A stretch of 64,000 nt of DNA from Gemmatimonadales bacterium (GTDB lineage Bacteria > Gemmatimonadota > Gemmatimonadetes > Gemmatimonadales > GWC2-71-9). The first letter of the stretch is position 1; every line of letters starts with the position of its first letter. Below, one piece after another: positions 43,383-52,397 of the stretch. The DNA lies in contig DATNMO010000029.1 in assembly GCA_035602245.1 (NCBI GenBank), positions 3,965 through 67,964 on the forward strand. The letters are read 5' to 3'. Under the pieces are notes generated by a model. The model had not been told where the DNA came from and made no database searches. It was given only the letters and a program-made list of their open reading frames with translations. The position numbers and the translations under genes were made by a program.

Positions 43383-44300
43383 TCACAGTTCGAACTCCAT
43401 GCCGTCCTCTCCCACCTCGAGGCCAGCTGCCTCGACCTGGGCCCGCTCGGCCGAAGTGCGGCACAAGATCGGATTGGTGTTGTTGATGTGCACGAGCACG
43501 GTCCGCTTCGCGCCGGCGCGCGGCAGCAGCTCGATGCCCCCGGCAGGCCCGCCCACCGGAAGATGCCCCATCTCGCGCGCCGTGGGCGCGTCCACCCCCG
43601 CTGCCCGCAACTCGTCGTCCGCCCAGAACGTGCCGTCGAACAGCAGCACATCCGCTCCGGTCGCGGCGGCGCGGACCGCATCGTCGACCGCACCCGCCGT
43701 GGGAATATAGGCGAGCGTTCCCCCCGTCCGCTCATCGCGCAGCCGCAGGCCGACGTCGAACGTTGCCGCCGTTGCCCCGCGGGCGTAGCGGGGCGGCCGG
43801 CGCGCAACCGGAAACGCGGTGCACTGAACGCCGAGCGACTCGCCCTGCGCGTTGGTGAGCTGGAGTGGCCGGCCGCCGGGGCCGCCGTCGGGGATGATGC
43901 GGGCGTCCACGCCCGCATACGCGGCGAGCACGCGGTACAGCGGCCACTCCGCGCCGAGCAGCGCGGCGACGCCCGCCGGCGCGTAGACGGGCAGCGTAGC
44001 GGCGCTCTCGCGCAACAACAAGAGGCCGAGCGTGTGGTCGATCTCGCCATCGGTGAGCATCACGGCCTGAATGGGCGTGCCGCGGGCGCCCCGCGGCCAC
44101 AGCGCCGGGTGAGCGGCGAGCTGCACGCGCAGGTCGGGCGAGGCGTTGAGGAGAATCCAGCGCTCACCATCCGCGCTCACGGCGACCGACGACTGAGTGC
44201 GCCCGGCGCCGTCGGCGCGCGCCGCACGGCAATTGGCGCAGCCGCAGTTCCACTGCGGCAGCCCTCCACCCGCCGCCGACCCGAGGATGATCACTCGCAT
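43383..44300 (-). CDS. pqqB: PQQ biosynthesis protein PqqB (MBL-fold)
   Basis: MRVIILGSAAGGGLPQWNCGCANCRAAR... is the typical PqqB N-terminus, and ...VLVHINNTNPIL is present near the C-terminus. Confidence 0.9.
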   Translation of the reverse strand: MRVIILGSAAGGGLPQWNCGCANCRAARADGAGRTQSSVAVSADGERWILLNASPDLRVQLAAHPALWPRGARGTPIQAVMLTDGEIDHTLGLLLLRESAATLPVYAPAGVAALLGAEWPLYRVLAAYAGVDARIIPDGGPGGRPLQLTNAQGESLGVQCTAFPVARRPPRYARGATAATFDVGLRLRDERTGGTLAYIPTAGAVDDAVRAAATGADVLLFDGTFWADDELRAAGVDAPTAREMGHLPVGGPAGGIELLPRAGAKRTVLVHINNTNPILCRTSAERAQVEAAGLEVGEDGMEFEL

Positions 44301-44307
44301 CGCAGCG

Positions 44308-45474
44308 TCATCCCACGGCTCCGAGCGTCTCCGCCAAGGCTTCCAGCGTCCGGTCCACCGTCGCCTCGTCGTGCGCGAGGGAGACGAAATTGTAGGCGGT
44401 GCGCTTGAACAAGAGGCCGCGTTTTGCGGCGCCGAGCGCCACGGACCACGCCAGCTCCTCCGTCGCGTAGTGCAGGAAGCACATCTCCGCCATCCCGGCG
44501 ACGCCGGTGATGGCGGTGGGGTGATGGCGCTGCAACTCGTGCAGGCCGTGCAGCAGCCGCGTGCCCACACGATGCAGATGGCCGCATACGTCCTCCCGCT
44601 CGAAGACCTCTAGCGTCGCCCGCGCCGCCGCGAGAGCCACGCCTTCAGTCGCCAGCGTCGAGGAAATCCAGGTGCGCGTCGCCTCCGCCATCAGGTCCGC
44701 CCGTCCCCCGACGACCGCAAGGGGAAATCCATTCGCCAGTGCCTTGCCCAGCACGGCCAGGTCGGGCCGCACGCCGTAACGCTCGGCGGCGCCGCCGACG
44801 GCCAGCCGGAAGGCGGTTTTGATTTCATCGAAGACGAGCACAGCGCCCGCGCGCTCGGTCTCGGCGCGCAAGACCTCCAGCCACTCCCGGCTTGGCTCTG
44901 TCACCACGACGGGCTCGATCACCACCGCGGCGAGACTGCGGCCGCGTTCCCGGATCATCTCCCGGGCCGTCGTTACGTCGTTGAAGGGCAGCTCGGCGAA
45001 CAACGAGCGGATGGCGGCTGGAATGCCTTCCGTCCCGCCCTGGCACCAATCGAGCCAGCCGTGGTAGCCGCAGCCGAGGACGTGGTCGCGCCCGGTGGCA
45101 ACACGCGCGAGCCGCACCGCGGCCGCCACCGCTTCCGCCCCGGTCTTGAGGAAACGCACGCGCTCCAGCCACGGGATGCGGGCGGCGAGCGCCTCGGCGA
45201 GCTCTTGCTCGGCAACCGGCGGTAGCGGCCCCACGACGCCGGCGGCGATGGCCTCCTCGGCCGCCCGGTTCACGGCCGGATGCCCGTAGCCGAGCGCGAC
45301 AGCGCCCAGCGCCATCACGTAGTCCACGTACTCGCGCCCGGAACGGTCCCACACGCGGCAGCCGGACGCCCGCACCAGCTGCGTCGGCGCGTCGGGGCCC
45401 GGATCGGGTCCGAACAGGGCGTCGGGCCGCTTACTACCGGTCGACGTGAAGCCCGGAACGCGCCAGTCGCTCAC
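44308..45474 (-). CDS. Class III PLP aminotransferase (glutamate-1-semialdehyde aminomutase-like)
   Basis: FTSTGSKRP, GYGHPAV, FDEIKTAF and the PLP Lys in AVLGKALANG support the class. It ends 7 nt before pqqB. Confidence 0.8.
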   Translation of the reverse strand: MSDWRVPGFTSTGSKRPDALFGPDPGPDAPTQLVRASGCRVWDRSGREYVDYVMALGAVALGYGHPAVNRAAEEAIAAGVVGPLPPVAEQELAEALAARIPWLERVRFLKTGAEAVAAAVRLARVATGRDHVLGCGYHGWLDWCQGGTEGIPAAIRSLFAELPFNDVTTAREMIRERGRSLAAVVIEPVVVTEPSREWLEVLRAETERAGAVLVFDEIKTAFRLAVGGAAERYGVRPDLAVLGKALANGFPLAVVGGRADLMAEATRTWISSTLATEGVALAAARATLEVFEREDVCGHLHRVGTRLLHGLHELQRHHPTAITGVAGMAEMCFLHYATEELAWSVALGAAKRGLLFKRTAYNFVSLAHDEATVDRTLEALAETLGAVG

Positions 45475-46180
45475 TGTATTTCACCACTTCGATGGCCATC
45501 GCGCGGAGCAACTTGACCTCGCGGGCGTCGAGCGGCGCGCGATGCACCAACTCGCGCATCGTGCGCATGATGCCGTCCGCGTTGCGCGTCTTGAAGAAGT
45601 CGATCGTCGTGAGGGCGCGAGCGACATCGTCGAATAGACGCTCCAGGTCCTCCACCGCAGCGGGCTCGGCGGGGCGGCGGGGAGCCTTGAAGGGCAACGT
45701 CTCCGCGCCGCGGGCCAACGCGAGCTCGTAGAGCATCACGATCACCGCGTGCCCAAGGTTGAGCGACGAATACGACGGATCGCTGGGAATCGTCACGATG
45801 CGGTGGCAGCGGTCCAGGGCGTCGTTGGAGAGTCCCTTGTCCTCGCGGCCGAAGAGCAGCGCGACCGGACCGCCGTCCGCGAGCGCCGTGACCTCGGCCG
45901 CGGCCTCGCGCGGGCGCTGCAGGTTACGCTTGGCCGTGCGGCCGCGCGCCGTGAACCCGACGACGTGCACGCAGTCGGCGAGCGCTTGCTCGAGGGATTC
46001 GTACGTGCGCACGCGCGCCAGCACATCCTGCGTCTGGTGCGCAATACCCTCCACGCGATACGCCTCGTATTCGAGCGGATTCACGAGTCGCAGATCGCGG
46101 CAGCCGAAATTCTTCATGCCGCGCACGACGTGCGCGATGTTCACGAGATCCTGGGGCTCGTGGAGGACGACGACGATCAT
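45434..46180 (-). CDS. SpoU/TrmH/TrmJ family RNA 2'-O-methyltransferase
   Basis: MIVVVLHEPQDLVNIAHVVRGMKNFG...LLFGREDKGLSN...IPSDPSYSSLNLGHAV supports the family. There is an ATGA overlap with the upstream gene. Confidence 0.8.
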   Translation of the reverse strand: MIVVVLHEPQDLVNIAHVVRGMKNFGCRDLRLVNPLEYEAYRVEGIAHQTQDVLARVRTYESLEQALADCVHVVGFTARGRTAKRNLQRPREAAAEVTALADGGPVALLFGREDKGLSNDALDRCHRIVTIPSDPSYSSLNLGHAVIVMLYELALARGAETLPFKAPRRPAEPAAVEDLERLFDDVARALTTIDFFKTRNADGIMRTMRELVHRAPLDAREVKLLRAMAIEVVKYSERLARSGLHVDR

Positions 46181-48957
46181 GCGACCAGCTCCAGGACGCC
46201 GAAGCGCGCCGGATCCTGCCGATCGCCGCGCAACCAGACCCACCCGTCGCCGCCGCTCCAGACAAGCTGGCCCACGCGCCGCACCCGGCCAGGAAGCATT
46301 TCGTTAATGATAAGGTCAAAGGCAACGCGGGCGCCCGCGTGGGGGCGCACATCCGCGGGCCAAGGAATCCCGACGGTCACCCGATAGCCCGCCTCAGTGC
46401 GCCGCCAACCACCGCGCACGGCGTTGGGGTTCCCCTCTCCCTGCGTATCGCTCGTCGTCCGCACCCGCACCCCGCGCCCACCCTGCTCGGGCACGATCAG
46501 ATAGCCGACGGCCCCGTGCCCCGCTCCCGGGTTCCCCGCCACGTAGACCTGCAAACCATCGGAATGGATGTCGTCGGCCTCGTTGTCGAGCCGTAGCGGC
46601 GGCGCGTCACCTGGACGAAGGCGGAGGTCCGGCTTCGTGATGTCGACGGCAAGGTAGAGCGCCGCCTCGTCCCACGCAGCATAAGCGAGCGCGGAAAAAT
46701 CGTCGGGCCCGGGATAGACGTCTTCACTGCGGCGGTACTGGTCCTCGAGCCCCAGATGGAGCGGCTCCGCGACATCGAACCCGTCTAATGTGCCGTCCAG
46801 CGGCGGCGGAGCGCCGACCCGGAAGGCCGGGGCCACGACGGGAACGGGCGGATCGAGCTCGAGCAGCGGCGTGAACGGCGGCTGGATGTCTCGGGCGCCG
46901 CGCAGCGCGCGAGGAATGCCGTCGCCTTGCTCAATGGTCAATTCGAGACCGGCGAACCGGTGCCGGTCGATGCCGGCAGCCGTCTCGACCTCCACATTGT
47001 CGCCGCTGGCGCGTACGGCGCGGACCTGCGGCTCGGCGGCGTGCGGCTCCACGACCGTCACGATCCGCACATTGCGGCCCCGGGCCCGCACAACGCAAAA
47101 CGGCGCTCGCGCCATTCCCTCCCGCCCCGGTAGCCCCGGGGCTTCCGCGCGCAAGAGCTCGCCTTCGAACATCAGGTGCGCAGTGAGCCGTGCGTGCTGC
47201 GCCGTGTGCATGATGACGATCGGTCCGGCTTCGTCGGGCACGAAACGTTCCGCGCGCGTCACGAACTCGTCGGGTATCTCATCAGTGACCCAACGGCCCT
47301 TCGTTTCTACGTCGCCCCGACCAGCGAGATGCCAAGGCAACTCGACGACGTGCTCCTCGCGTCCCGTGAGCTCCACGACGTCGAGCACGTATTCGGGACC
47401 CGCGACGACCGTTCGCACCAGGTTGCCATAGCGGCCCCGCACCCACGCCCACCCCTCCTGTTCGTCGAAAGCCTCGCAGACGGCGTCGCCCGGCGGCTGG
47501 GACTCTCCGTCCAACCGCGGCGCGTTGTGCGCCAGCGTGGACCGGTACCAGAACAGCTCGCGTGCGACGTACGACCCCGTGCCGGGGTCCGCGAGCCAGT
47601 GAACCCCGCCGGCGTGTAGCGTGAGGTGCAGCCGGTCGGGATGCCCGTGCCCTCCGCCGTACGGGCCGCACTCGAGACTCACGTAGCGATCCTCGGCGCG
47701 GAGGACCGCCAACCCCTGGCTCTCGAGGAGCACGCTCGGCGGGTTCCACGGCTGCTCGGCCGGCGGAAGGTCGGGCAGCATCTCGAGGAGCGACCACCAC
47801 GAAAGCTTCGTACGGGTGGGGGGAACGGGGACCGATTCGATCGGCGCATCATGCAAGTACGCCTCGATGAGCTCGGGTTTCACGGCGGACACGGCATAGA
47901 GCGCATGCAGCCAGGCCGCGAGGTCGTTGCCTCCCGATCTCGCCAAACCGATCTCCCACAACTCGAGATACATCGGCTGCGCGAGCGAGATGCCGAACCG
48001 CGCGTCCTTGCGCGCTGGAAAGGTGAGGTCGGGAAGGGCCGAGAGCGCCGGCGCCCGGAGCGCCGCAGCCAACCGTGCCGCCACGCGGGGGTCGGCGGTG
48101 AAGTCCACGCCGGCGAGCCTCGCCCATCCCGCCCCGGTGAGCATCCCACGCAAGGCGAAGAGGTGGTAGTTCTCGCCCTCGTACCACATACCGTCCCGTC
48201 CGTAGCCGCGCATCAGGTGAGCCAGGAGGCCGGTCGGCCCCTCGATGGCCCGCTGGGCGAGCTCCTCGTCCTCGAACCACACGGCGACGGCGGCGAGCGC
48301 GGCATTGTTCCACGTCTGCCGGTTCGAAAACGCCTCATCGTAGTCGCCGATCAAGGTTGCGGCTTCCTCGGCAACCTGGTGCACGGCACGCCCCGCGGCG
48401 GGGTCGAGCAGGTCCGCGTCGCGCAGCAGCACAGCCGCGGCGACATAATTGCAGACCCACAACGACTCGAGATAGGTCGAGAAGAATAGGCGGCTCGGAC
48501 CAAGCACGTTGTCGCGGTTGGGATACCGCCAATAGCGCTCCGCGTAGGCACCTAGGATGTCGCGCGCCCGCGCGGCAGCGGGAGCATCGTCGCGGCCACC
48601 GATCGCCGCGATGGCGGCGAGGTGGGCAGCGCGCTCGGCCAGCCACAGGTGCTGGTAGCGCGCCCAGTGCTGGTCGTGGCGCTCGCCCGTCCAGGTCTTG
48701 CCGCAACGAGGACAGCGGTGCGCCGCCGAACTCCAGGGATCGAACGTCAACGCGGTCCCATCCTCGGGGCACACGCCGCCATCGGTCGAGAGCAACGCCT
48801 TGTGATCGGGAATAGTCGGCATGCGTTCCAGCACGGGGCGTGCGCGCGCGCGCAGATGCGCGAGCAGCGCCTGGAGATCACGCGACCCGCTGACTATCTG
48901 ACGTCGCGCCGCGAGCTCTGCCGCCGTCACCACGAGCGCATTCCTTCCGCCGCCCAT
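46177..48957 (-). CDS. Heparinase II/III family protein with an N-terminal zinc-ribbon-like motif and a C-terminal carbohydrate-binding-like domain
   Basis: The zinc-ribbon-like motif is CPEDG...HRCPRCG. The alpha/alpha toroid-like middle carries GMWYEGENYH. The heparinase II/III motif is YGGGHGHPDRLHL, and the C-terminus contains AYAAWDEAALYLAVDI. Confidence 0.7.
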   Translation of the reverse strand: MGGGRNALVVTAAELAARRQIVSGSRDLQALLAHLRARARPVLERMPTIPDHKALLSTDGGVCPEDGTALTFDPWSSAAHRCPRCGKTWTGERHDQHWARYQHLWLAERAAHLAAIAAIGGRDDAPAAARARDILGAYAERYWRYPNRDNVLGPSRLFFSTYLESLWVCNYVAAAVLLRDADLLDPAAGRAVHQVAEEAATLIGDYDEAFSNRQTWNNAALAAVAVWFEDEELAQRAIEGPTGLLAHLMRGYGRDGMWYEGENYHLFALRGMLTGAGWARLAGVDFTADPRVAARLAAALRAPALSALPDLTFPARKDARFGISLAQPMYLELWEIGLARSGGNDLAAWLHALYAVSAVKPELIEAYLHDAPIESVPVPPTRTKLSWWSLLEMLPDLPPAEQPWNPPSVLLESQGLAVLRAEDRYVSLECGPYGGGHGHPDRLHLTLHAGGVHWLADPGTGSYVARELFWYRSTLAHNAPRLDGESQPPGDAVCEAFDEQEGWAWVRGRYGNLVRTVVAGPEYVLDVVELTGREEHVVELPWHLAGRGDVETKGRWVTDEIPDEFVTRAERFVPDEAGPIVIMHTAQHARLTAHLMFEGELLRAEAPGLPGREGMARAPFCVVRARGRNVRIVTVVEPHAAEPQVRAVRASGDNVEVETAAGIDRHRFAGLELTIEQGDGIPRALRGARDIQPPFTPLLELDPPVPVVAPAFRVGAPPPLDGTLDGFDVAEPLHLGLEDQYRRSEDVYPGPDDFSALAYAAWDEAALYLAVDITKPDLRLRPGDAPPLRLDNEADDIHSDGLQVYVAGNPGAGHGAVGYLIVPEQGGRGVRVRTTSDTQGEGNPNAVRGGWRRTEAGYRVTVGIPWPADVRPHAGARVAFDLIINEMLPGRVRRVGQLVWSGGDGWVWLRGDRQDPARFGVLELVA

Positions 48958-49955
48958 GTGACTGGAAGGACGGTCGCGCCGACGCGCTCGGCGGCCGCCG
49001 CGGCCGCGCGCGCGTCGCCTTTCATCACGAAAAACATCGAGCCGCCGGCGCCGGCGCCCGCCGCCTTGCCGCCGAGCGCGCCGGCCGCGGCGACCGCCTC
49101 CTCGAGCCGCGCCATCTCGGCCGTGCGCATCCCGGGGTCGAGCGCTTGTTGGTGCTTCCAGTTCTCGCTCAATAGAGCGCCCATGCGCGCGAGATCCGCA
49201 CTCCGGAGGGCTTCGACCATCGCGTCCGCCAGGTCCTTCAGTGCGCGCAAGGCGCCGGTGACTTTGCGGTCGCCGCGTTCGTAGGCGCCCATTACGCGGA
49301 CGATCGTGTCACCCGACACGCGACTCTTGTTGGTGTAGCACAGCAGCGTTTGGCGCTCCAGGGCGGCTGCGAACGCGGGATCCAGCGTCAGCGGCTCGAC
49401 GCCCACGTCGGGATCCCGGAAGCTCAAGCGATGAAAACCGCCCAGTGCTGCCGCATATTGGTCCTGCCTCCCACCTGGGATCTGCGCCTCGACCGCCTCG
49501 ACCTGCCAGGCCTGCTCGGCCACTTCGCGCTCGCCGAGACGCTCCAGGCGTGCGTGCGTCAGCGCACCCACGAGGGCGACGCCGAGCGCGCCCGAGCTGC
49601 CCAGCCCCGAGCCGGGCGGCGCATCGGCGCGCGTCGTGAGCGCAAAGCCCCCCAGCACGGGGAACATCCGCAGCGCGGCCTTCAGGAGACTCAGCTTCCC
49701 GCCGGGGCCGAGGCCACCCGAGTTCGCGCATTCGAGCGTCTCCCCCAGTTCTTCGGAAACGAGTCGCAGCAGCGTGCCGCCGAGCTGGAGCGCGACGTGA
49801 GCCCGGAGGCCGATGGCGCCGTTCACCACGACGCCGCCTTCGCGCGCTGAGAATGGCGGCACATCGGTCCATGCGCCGGCGAAGTCGAGCCGCAGCGGCG
49901 CATGTGAGTGGAAGGCAGTGGGCAGCTCCCGCCGTCTCACGGGCTGACCCGCCAC
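48927..49955 (-). CDS. GHMP family sugar kinase
   Basis: PLRLDFAGAWTDVPPF is present, as is the GHMP motif APPGSGLGSSGALGVALVGAL. Confidence 0.8.
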   Translation of the reverse strand: MAGQPVRRRELPTAFHSHAPLRLDFAGAWTDVPPFSAREGGVVVNGAIGLRAHVALQLGGTLLRLVSEELGETLECANSGGLGPGGKLSLLKAALRMFPVLGGFALTTRADAPPGSGLGSSGALGVALVGALTHARLERLGEREVAEQAWQVEAVEAQIPGGRQDQYAAALGGFHRLSFRDPDVGVEPLTLDPAFAAALERQTLLCYTNKSRVSGDTIVRVMGAYERGDRKVTGALRALKDLADAMVEALRSADLARMGALLSENWKHQQALDPGMRTAEMARLEEAVAAAGALGGKAAGAGAGGSMFFVMKGDARAAAAAAERVGATVLPVTWAAEGMRSW

Positions 49956-51379
49956 GTGGCGACCGTGGGGAGCTCACCCCGCACGTCCATTCGCACGCCG
50001 AGTACCCGTTGGTTCATCCCCTGCACTCCCCGCGCGTGGTAGAGCCAGACCACCGGCAGCCGCTCGGCAAAGAGCCGTTGCGCGGCGACAGGATCGTCCG
50101 GCACCGGCATTCCCGTGAGATCTCCCAGCGGCTGGAGAAAGCCGAGCCCCGGATCGCCCGGGATGCCCATCACCGCGGCCATGAAGTCGTGCCGCGGCCC
50201 ATAGACCCGATCGAGAAACGCCGACAGCTCGAGCTGGCGAATCGATACCTCGAACCCGACGGCCGCGAGCCGGGCCTGGAGCATCTGCTCGAGCGCTGCC
50301 TCCCCGCTGCCGACCGTGAGAATGTCGAACCGCGGATGCCGACCGGCGAGGAGCCGGCGCGCAGAGTCGGGCGCCAACGGCACCCCGGGCACCGGAACAT
50401 ACCGGGGAAGCCCGGGCGGCACCGGGCCGTCGGCGACGGCGGCAAAACCGAAGAGATAGCCGTCCACGATCTCGCGGCGGTCGATCGCCAGCGCGGCGGC
50501 GAGGCGGACGCGCGCGTCGTCGAACGGCGCGCGCCGCGTGTTGAACACGAGACCGTAGGGGAATATCAGAGGGTAGTCCTTGATGGCGAGCGCGGTGTGC
50601 CGGCGCACGAACGCCGCATGCTGAGGGCTCACCCCGGCGAAATCGAGCTCGCCCGCCACGAGCGCGGACAGCTTGATCATCGGTTCATCCACCACGACCA
50701 CGATGAGGCGCTCGATCTGGGGCGGGCCGCCCAGCCCCGCGGGAAAGTCCGGGTTCGCCGCGAACACCCAGCGGCGGTTCGGCTCGTGAGTCACGAAGCG
50801 AAACGGCCCGTTCCCCACGGGATGGACGTTCCAGTCCGCCTCTCGCAAACGCGCGTGCGGAACGCTGTCCAACAGATGCGCGGGCAGGATCGCGAGATCG
50901 GTGAGCACGTCGGGAAACGCATCCGGCGCGAATGGCCGGGTAAACCGCAGGACCACCGTCGAATCATTCGGCGCGGCGACGGACGCAACCGCGCGGAGGT
51001 CGTTGAGGCGCGGATACCCGGTCGCCGGATCGCGGGCCGCGGCCAGGGTCCAGGCGACATCGCGCGCCGTCGTGGGCGTTCCGTCGTGCCAGCGCACGTC
51101 GCCGCGCAGTGAGAATGTCAGCGTGCGGCCGCCATCGGACCAGTGCCAGGCGCGCGCGAGATAGGGGCGCGGCACCAGCGCCGTGTCGTAGCGCGCGAGC
51201 GTCGTCAGGAGCACGTAGCGTTGCACTTGCCGCGCGAGCGGATGGACGGTGAGGAGTGGGTTGATGCTTTGGAGATCCGCCCCCGAGGCAAACAGCACCG
51301 TAGGGCCGCGGCGCGGGGCGGCCCCGCACGCGGGCAGCATCGCCACGGCGAGCAGGATCGGAACGAACGCTCGCGGCAC
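49937..51379 (-). CDS. ABC transporter substrate-binding lipoprotein, family 5 (peptide/nickel, DppA/OppA-like)
   Basis: The lipobox is LAVAMLPACG. The protein is 480 aa and contains FASGADLQSINPLL...VRWHDGTPTTARDV. Confidence 0.8.
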   Translation of the reverse strand: MPRAFVPILLAVAMLPACGAAPRRGPTVLFASGADLQSINPLLTVHPLARQVQRYVLLTTLARYDTALVPRPYLARAWHWSDGGRTLTFSLRGDVRWHDGTPTTARDVAWTLAAARDPATGYPRLNDLRAVASVAAPNDSTVVLRFTRPFAPDAFPDVLTDLAILPAHLLDSVPHARLREADWNVHPVGNGPFRFVTHEPNRRWVFAANPDFPAGLGGPPQIERLIVVVVDEPMIKLSALVAGELDFAGVSPQHAAFVRRHTALAIKDYPLIFPYGLVFNTRRAPFDDARVRLAAALAIDRREIVDGYLFGFAAVADGPVPPGLPRYVPVPGVPLAPDSARRLLAGRHPRFDILTVGSGEAALEQMLQARLAAVGFEVSIRQLELSAFLDRVYGPRHDFMAAVMGIPGDPGLGFLQPLGDLTGMPVPDDPVAAQRLFAERLPVVWLYHARGVQGMNQRVLGVRMDVRGELPTVATWRVSP

Positions 51380-51425
51380 GCCCGCATTCTAGCGGCGACC
51401 GGTGGGCCGCGCGAGATTCCCGCCG

Positions 51426-52397
51426 ATGCTCGCCAGGCTGGGACACCGTCTGCTCGCCGGCCTCGCCGTCGTGTTTGGCGTGGTGACTCTCACGTTTCTC
51501 CTGCTGCACCTCGCGCCCGGCGACCCGGTGGACCTGATGCTCGGCCCCACGGCAACGGCGGAGCAGCTCGCCGCGCAACGGCAGGCCCTGGGGCTCGACA
51601 AGGCCCTCCCAGCGCAGTTCGCCGCCTGGCTGGGACGGTTCGCGCACGGCGACTGGGGAACCAGCATCGCCAAGGGCCGCCCGGTACGCGCGGTGCTCGG
51701 CGCCGCCTGGCCCGCGACGGTGCGGCTCGTTGCCCTATCGCTGCTGCTCAGCTACTTGCTCGGCATCGTCGTCGGCGCCGTGCAAGCGGCCCGCAGCGCC
51801 TCCCGCCTCGACACCGTCCTGTCGGTCGTCACCGTCACCCTGTTCGCAGTGCCTGGTTACTGGCTAGGGCTCATGCTCGTGCTGCTGTTCACCTATTGGG
51901 CGCGCCTCCTCCCGGCGTTCGGCGCAGCCGGGCTCGACGGCGACTATCTGACCGGCGGGGCGTGGCTCGTCGATCGACTCCGTCATCTCGCCCTCCCGCT
52001 CGCCACGCTCACCCTGATCGGCGTGGGTGGCGCCGCGCGCTTCGTGCGCGGCGCGATGCTCGAAACGCTCGCGCAACCGTTCATCACGACGGCACGGGCG
52101 AAGGGGGTGTCGCCAATCCAGGTCGTGGGACGCCACGCGCTGCGCAACACTCTGACGCCTGTCGTCACCCTGCTGGGGTTGTCGCTTCCGGCCTTGTTCT
52201 CGGGCGCGGTCTTCGTCGAGGCGGTGTTCGCCTGGCCGGGCGTCGGACGCGTCCTCGTGGAAGCGGTCCAAGGGCGGGATTATCCCGTCGTGATGGCCGC
52301 GACCGCTGTGAGCGCCGGACTCGTGGTCGCGGGCAATATGCTCGCGGACATCCTCGCAGCCTGGCTCGATCCCCGCATCCGGACGCGGGAAACATGA
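51426..52397 (+). CDS. ABC transporter permease (DppB/OppB-like)
   Basis: MLARLGHRLLAGLAVVFGVVTLTFLLLHLAPGDP is a typical N-terminus. The EAA-loop region is FITTARAKGVS. The track start at 51402 is a GTG, so I preferred the ATG at 51426. Confidence 0.85.
   Translation: MLARLGHRLLAGLAVVFGVVTLTFLLLHLAPGDPVDLMLGPTATAEQLAAQRQALGLDKALPAQFAAWLGRFAHGDWGTSIAKGRPVRAVLGAAWPATVRLVALSLLLSYLLGIVVGAVQAARSASRLDTVLSVVTVTLFAVPGYWLGLMLVLLFTYWARLLPAFGAAGLDGDYLTGGAWLVDRLRHLALPLATLTLIGVGGAARFVRGAMLETLAQPFITTARAKGVSPIQVVGRHALRNTLTPVVTLLGLSLPALFSGAVFVEAVFAWPGVGRVLVEAVQGRDYPVVMAATAVSAGLVVAGNMLADILAAWLDPRIRTRET

Noticed and set aside
41915-44050. Track ORFs whose 5' parts run far into the upstream gene (41915..44050, 43383..44570, 23970..25649, 51143..53242, 4850..6256, 36533..37561, 28849..29769)
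   Set aside because: The upstream portions overlap well-supported genes in another frame and are compositionally junk. Internal starts with stop/start coupling (ATGA/GTGA) or a Shine-Dalgarno sequence give products of the expected family length. I used those trimmed coordinates.
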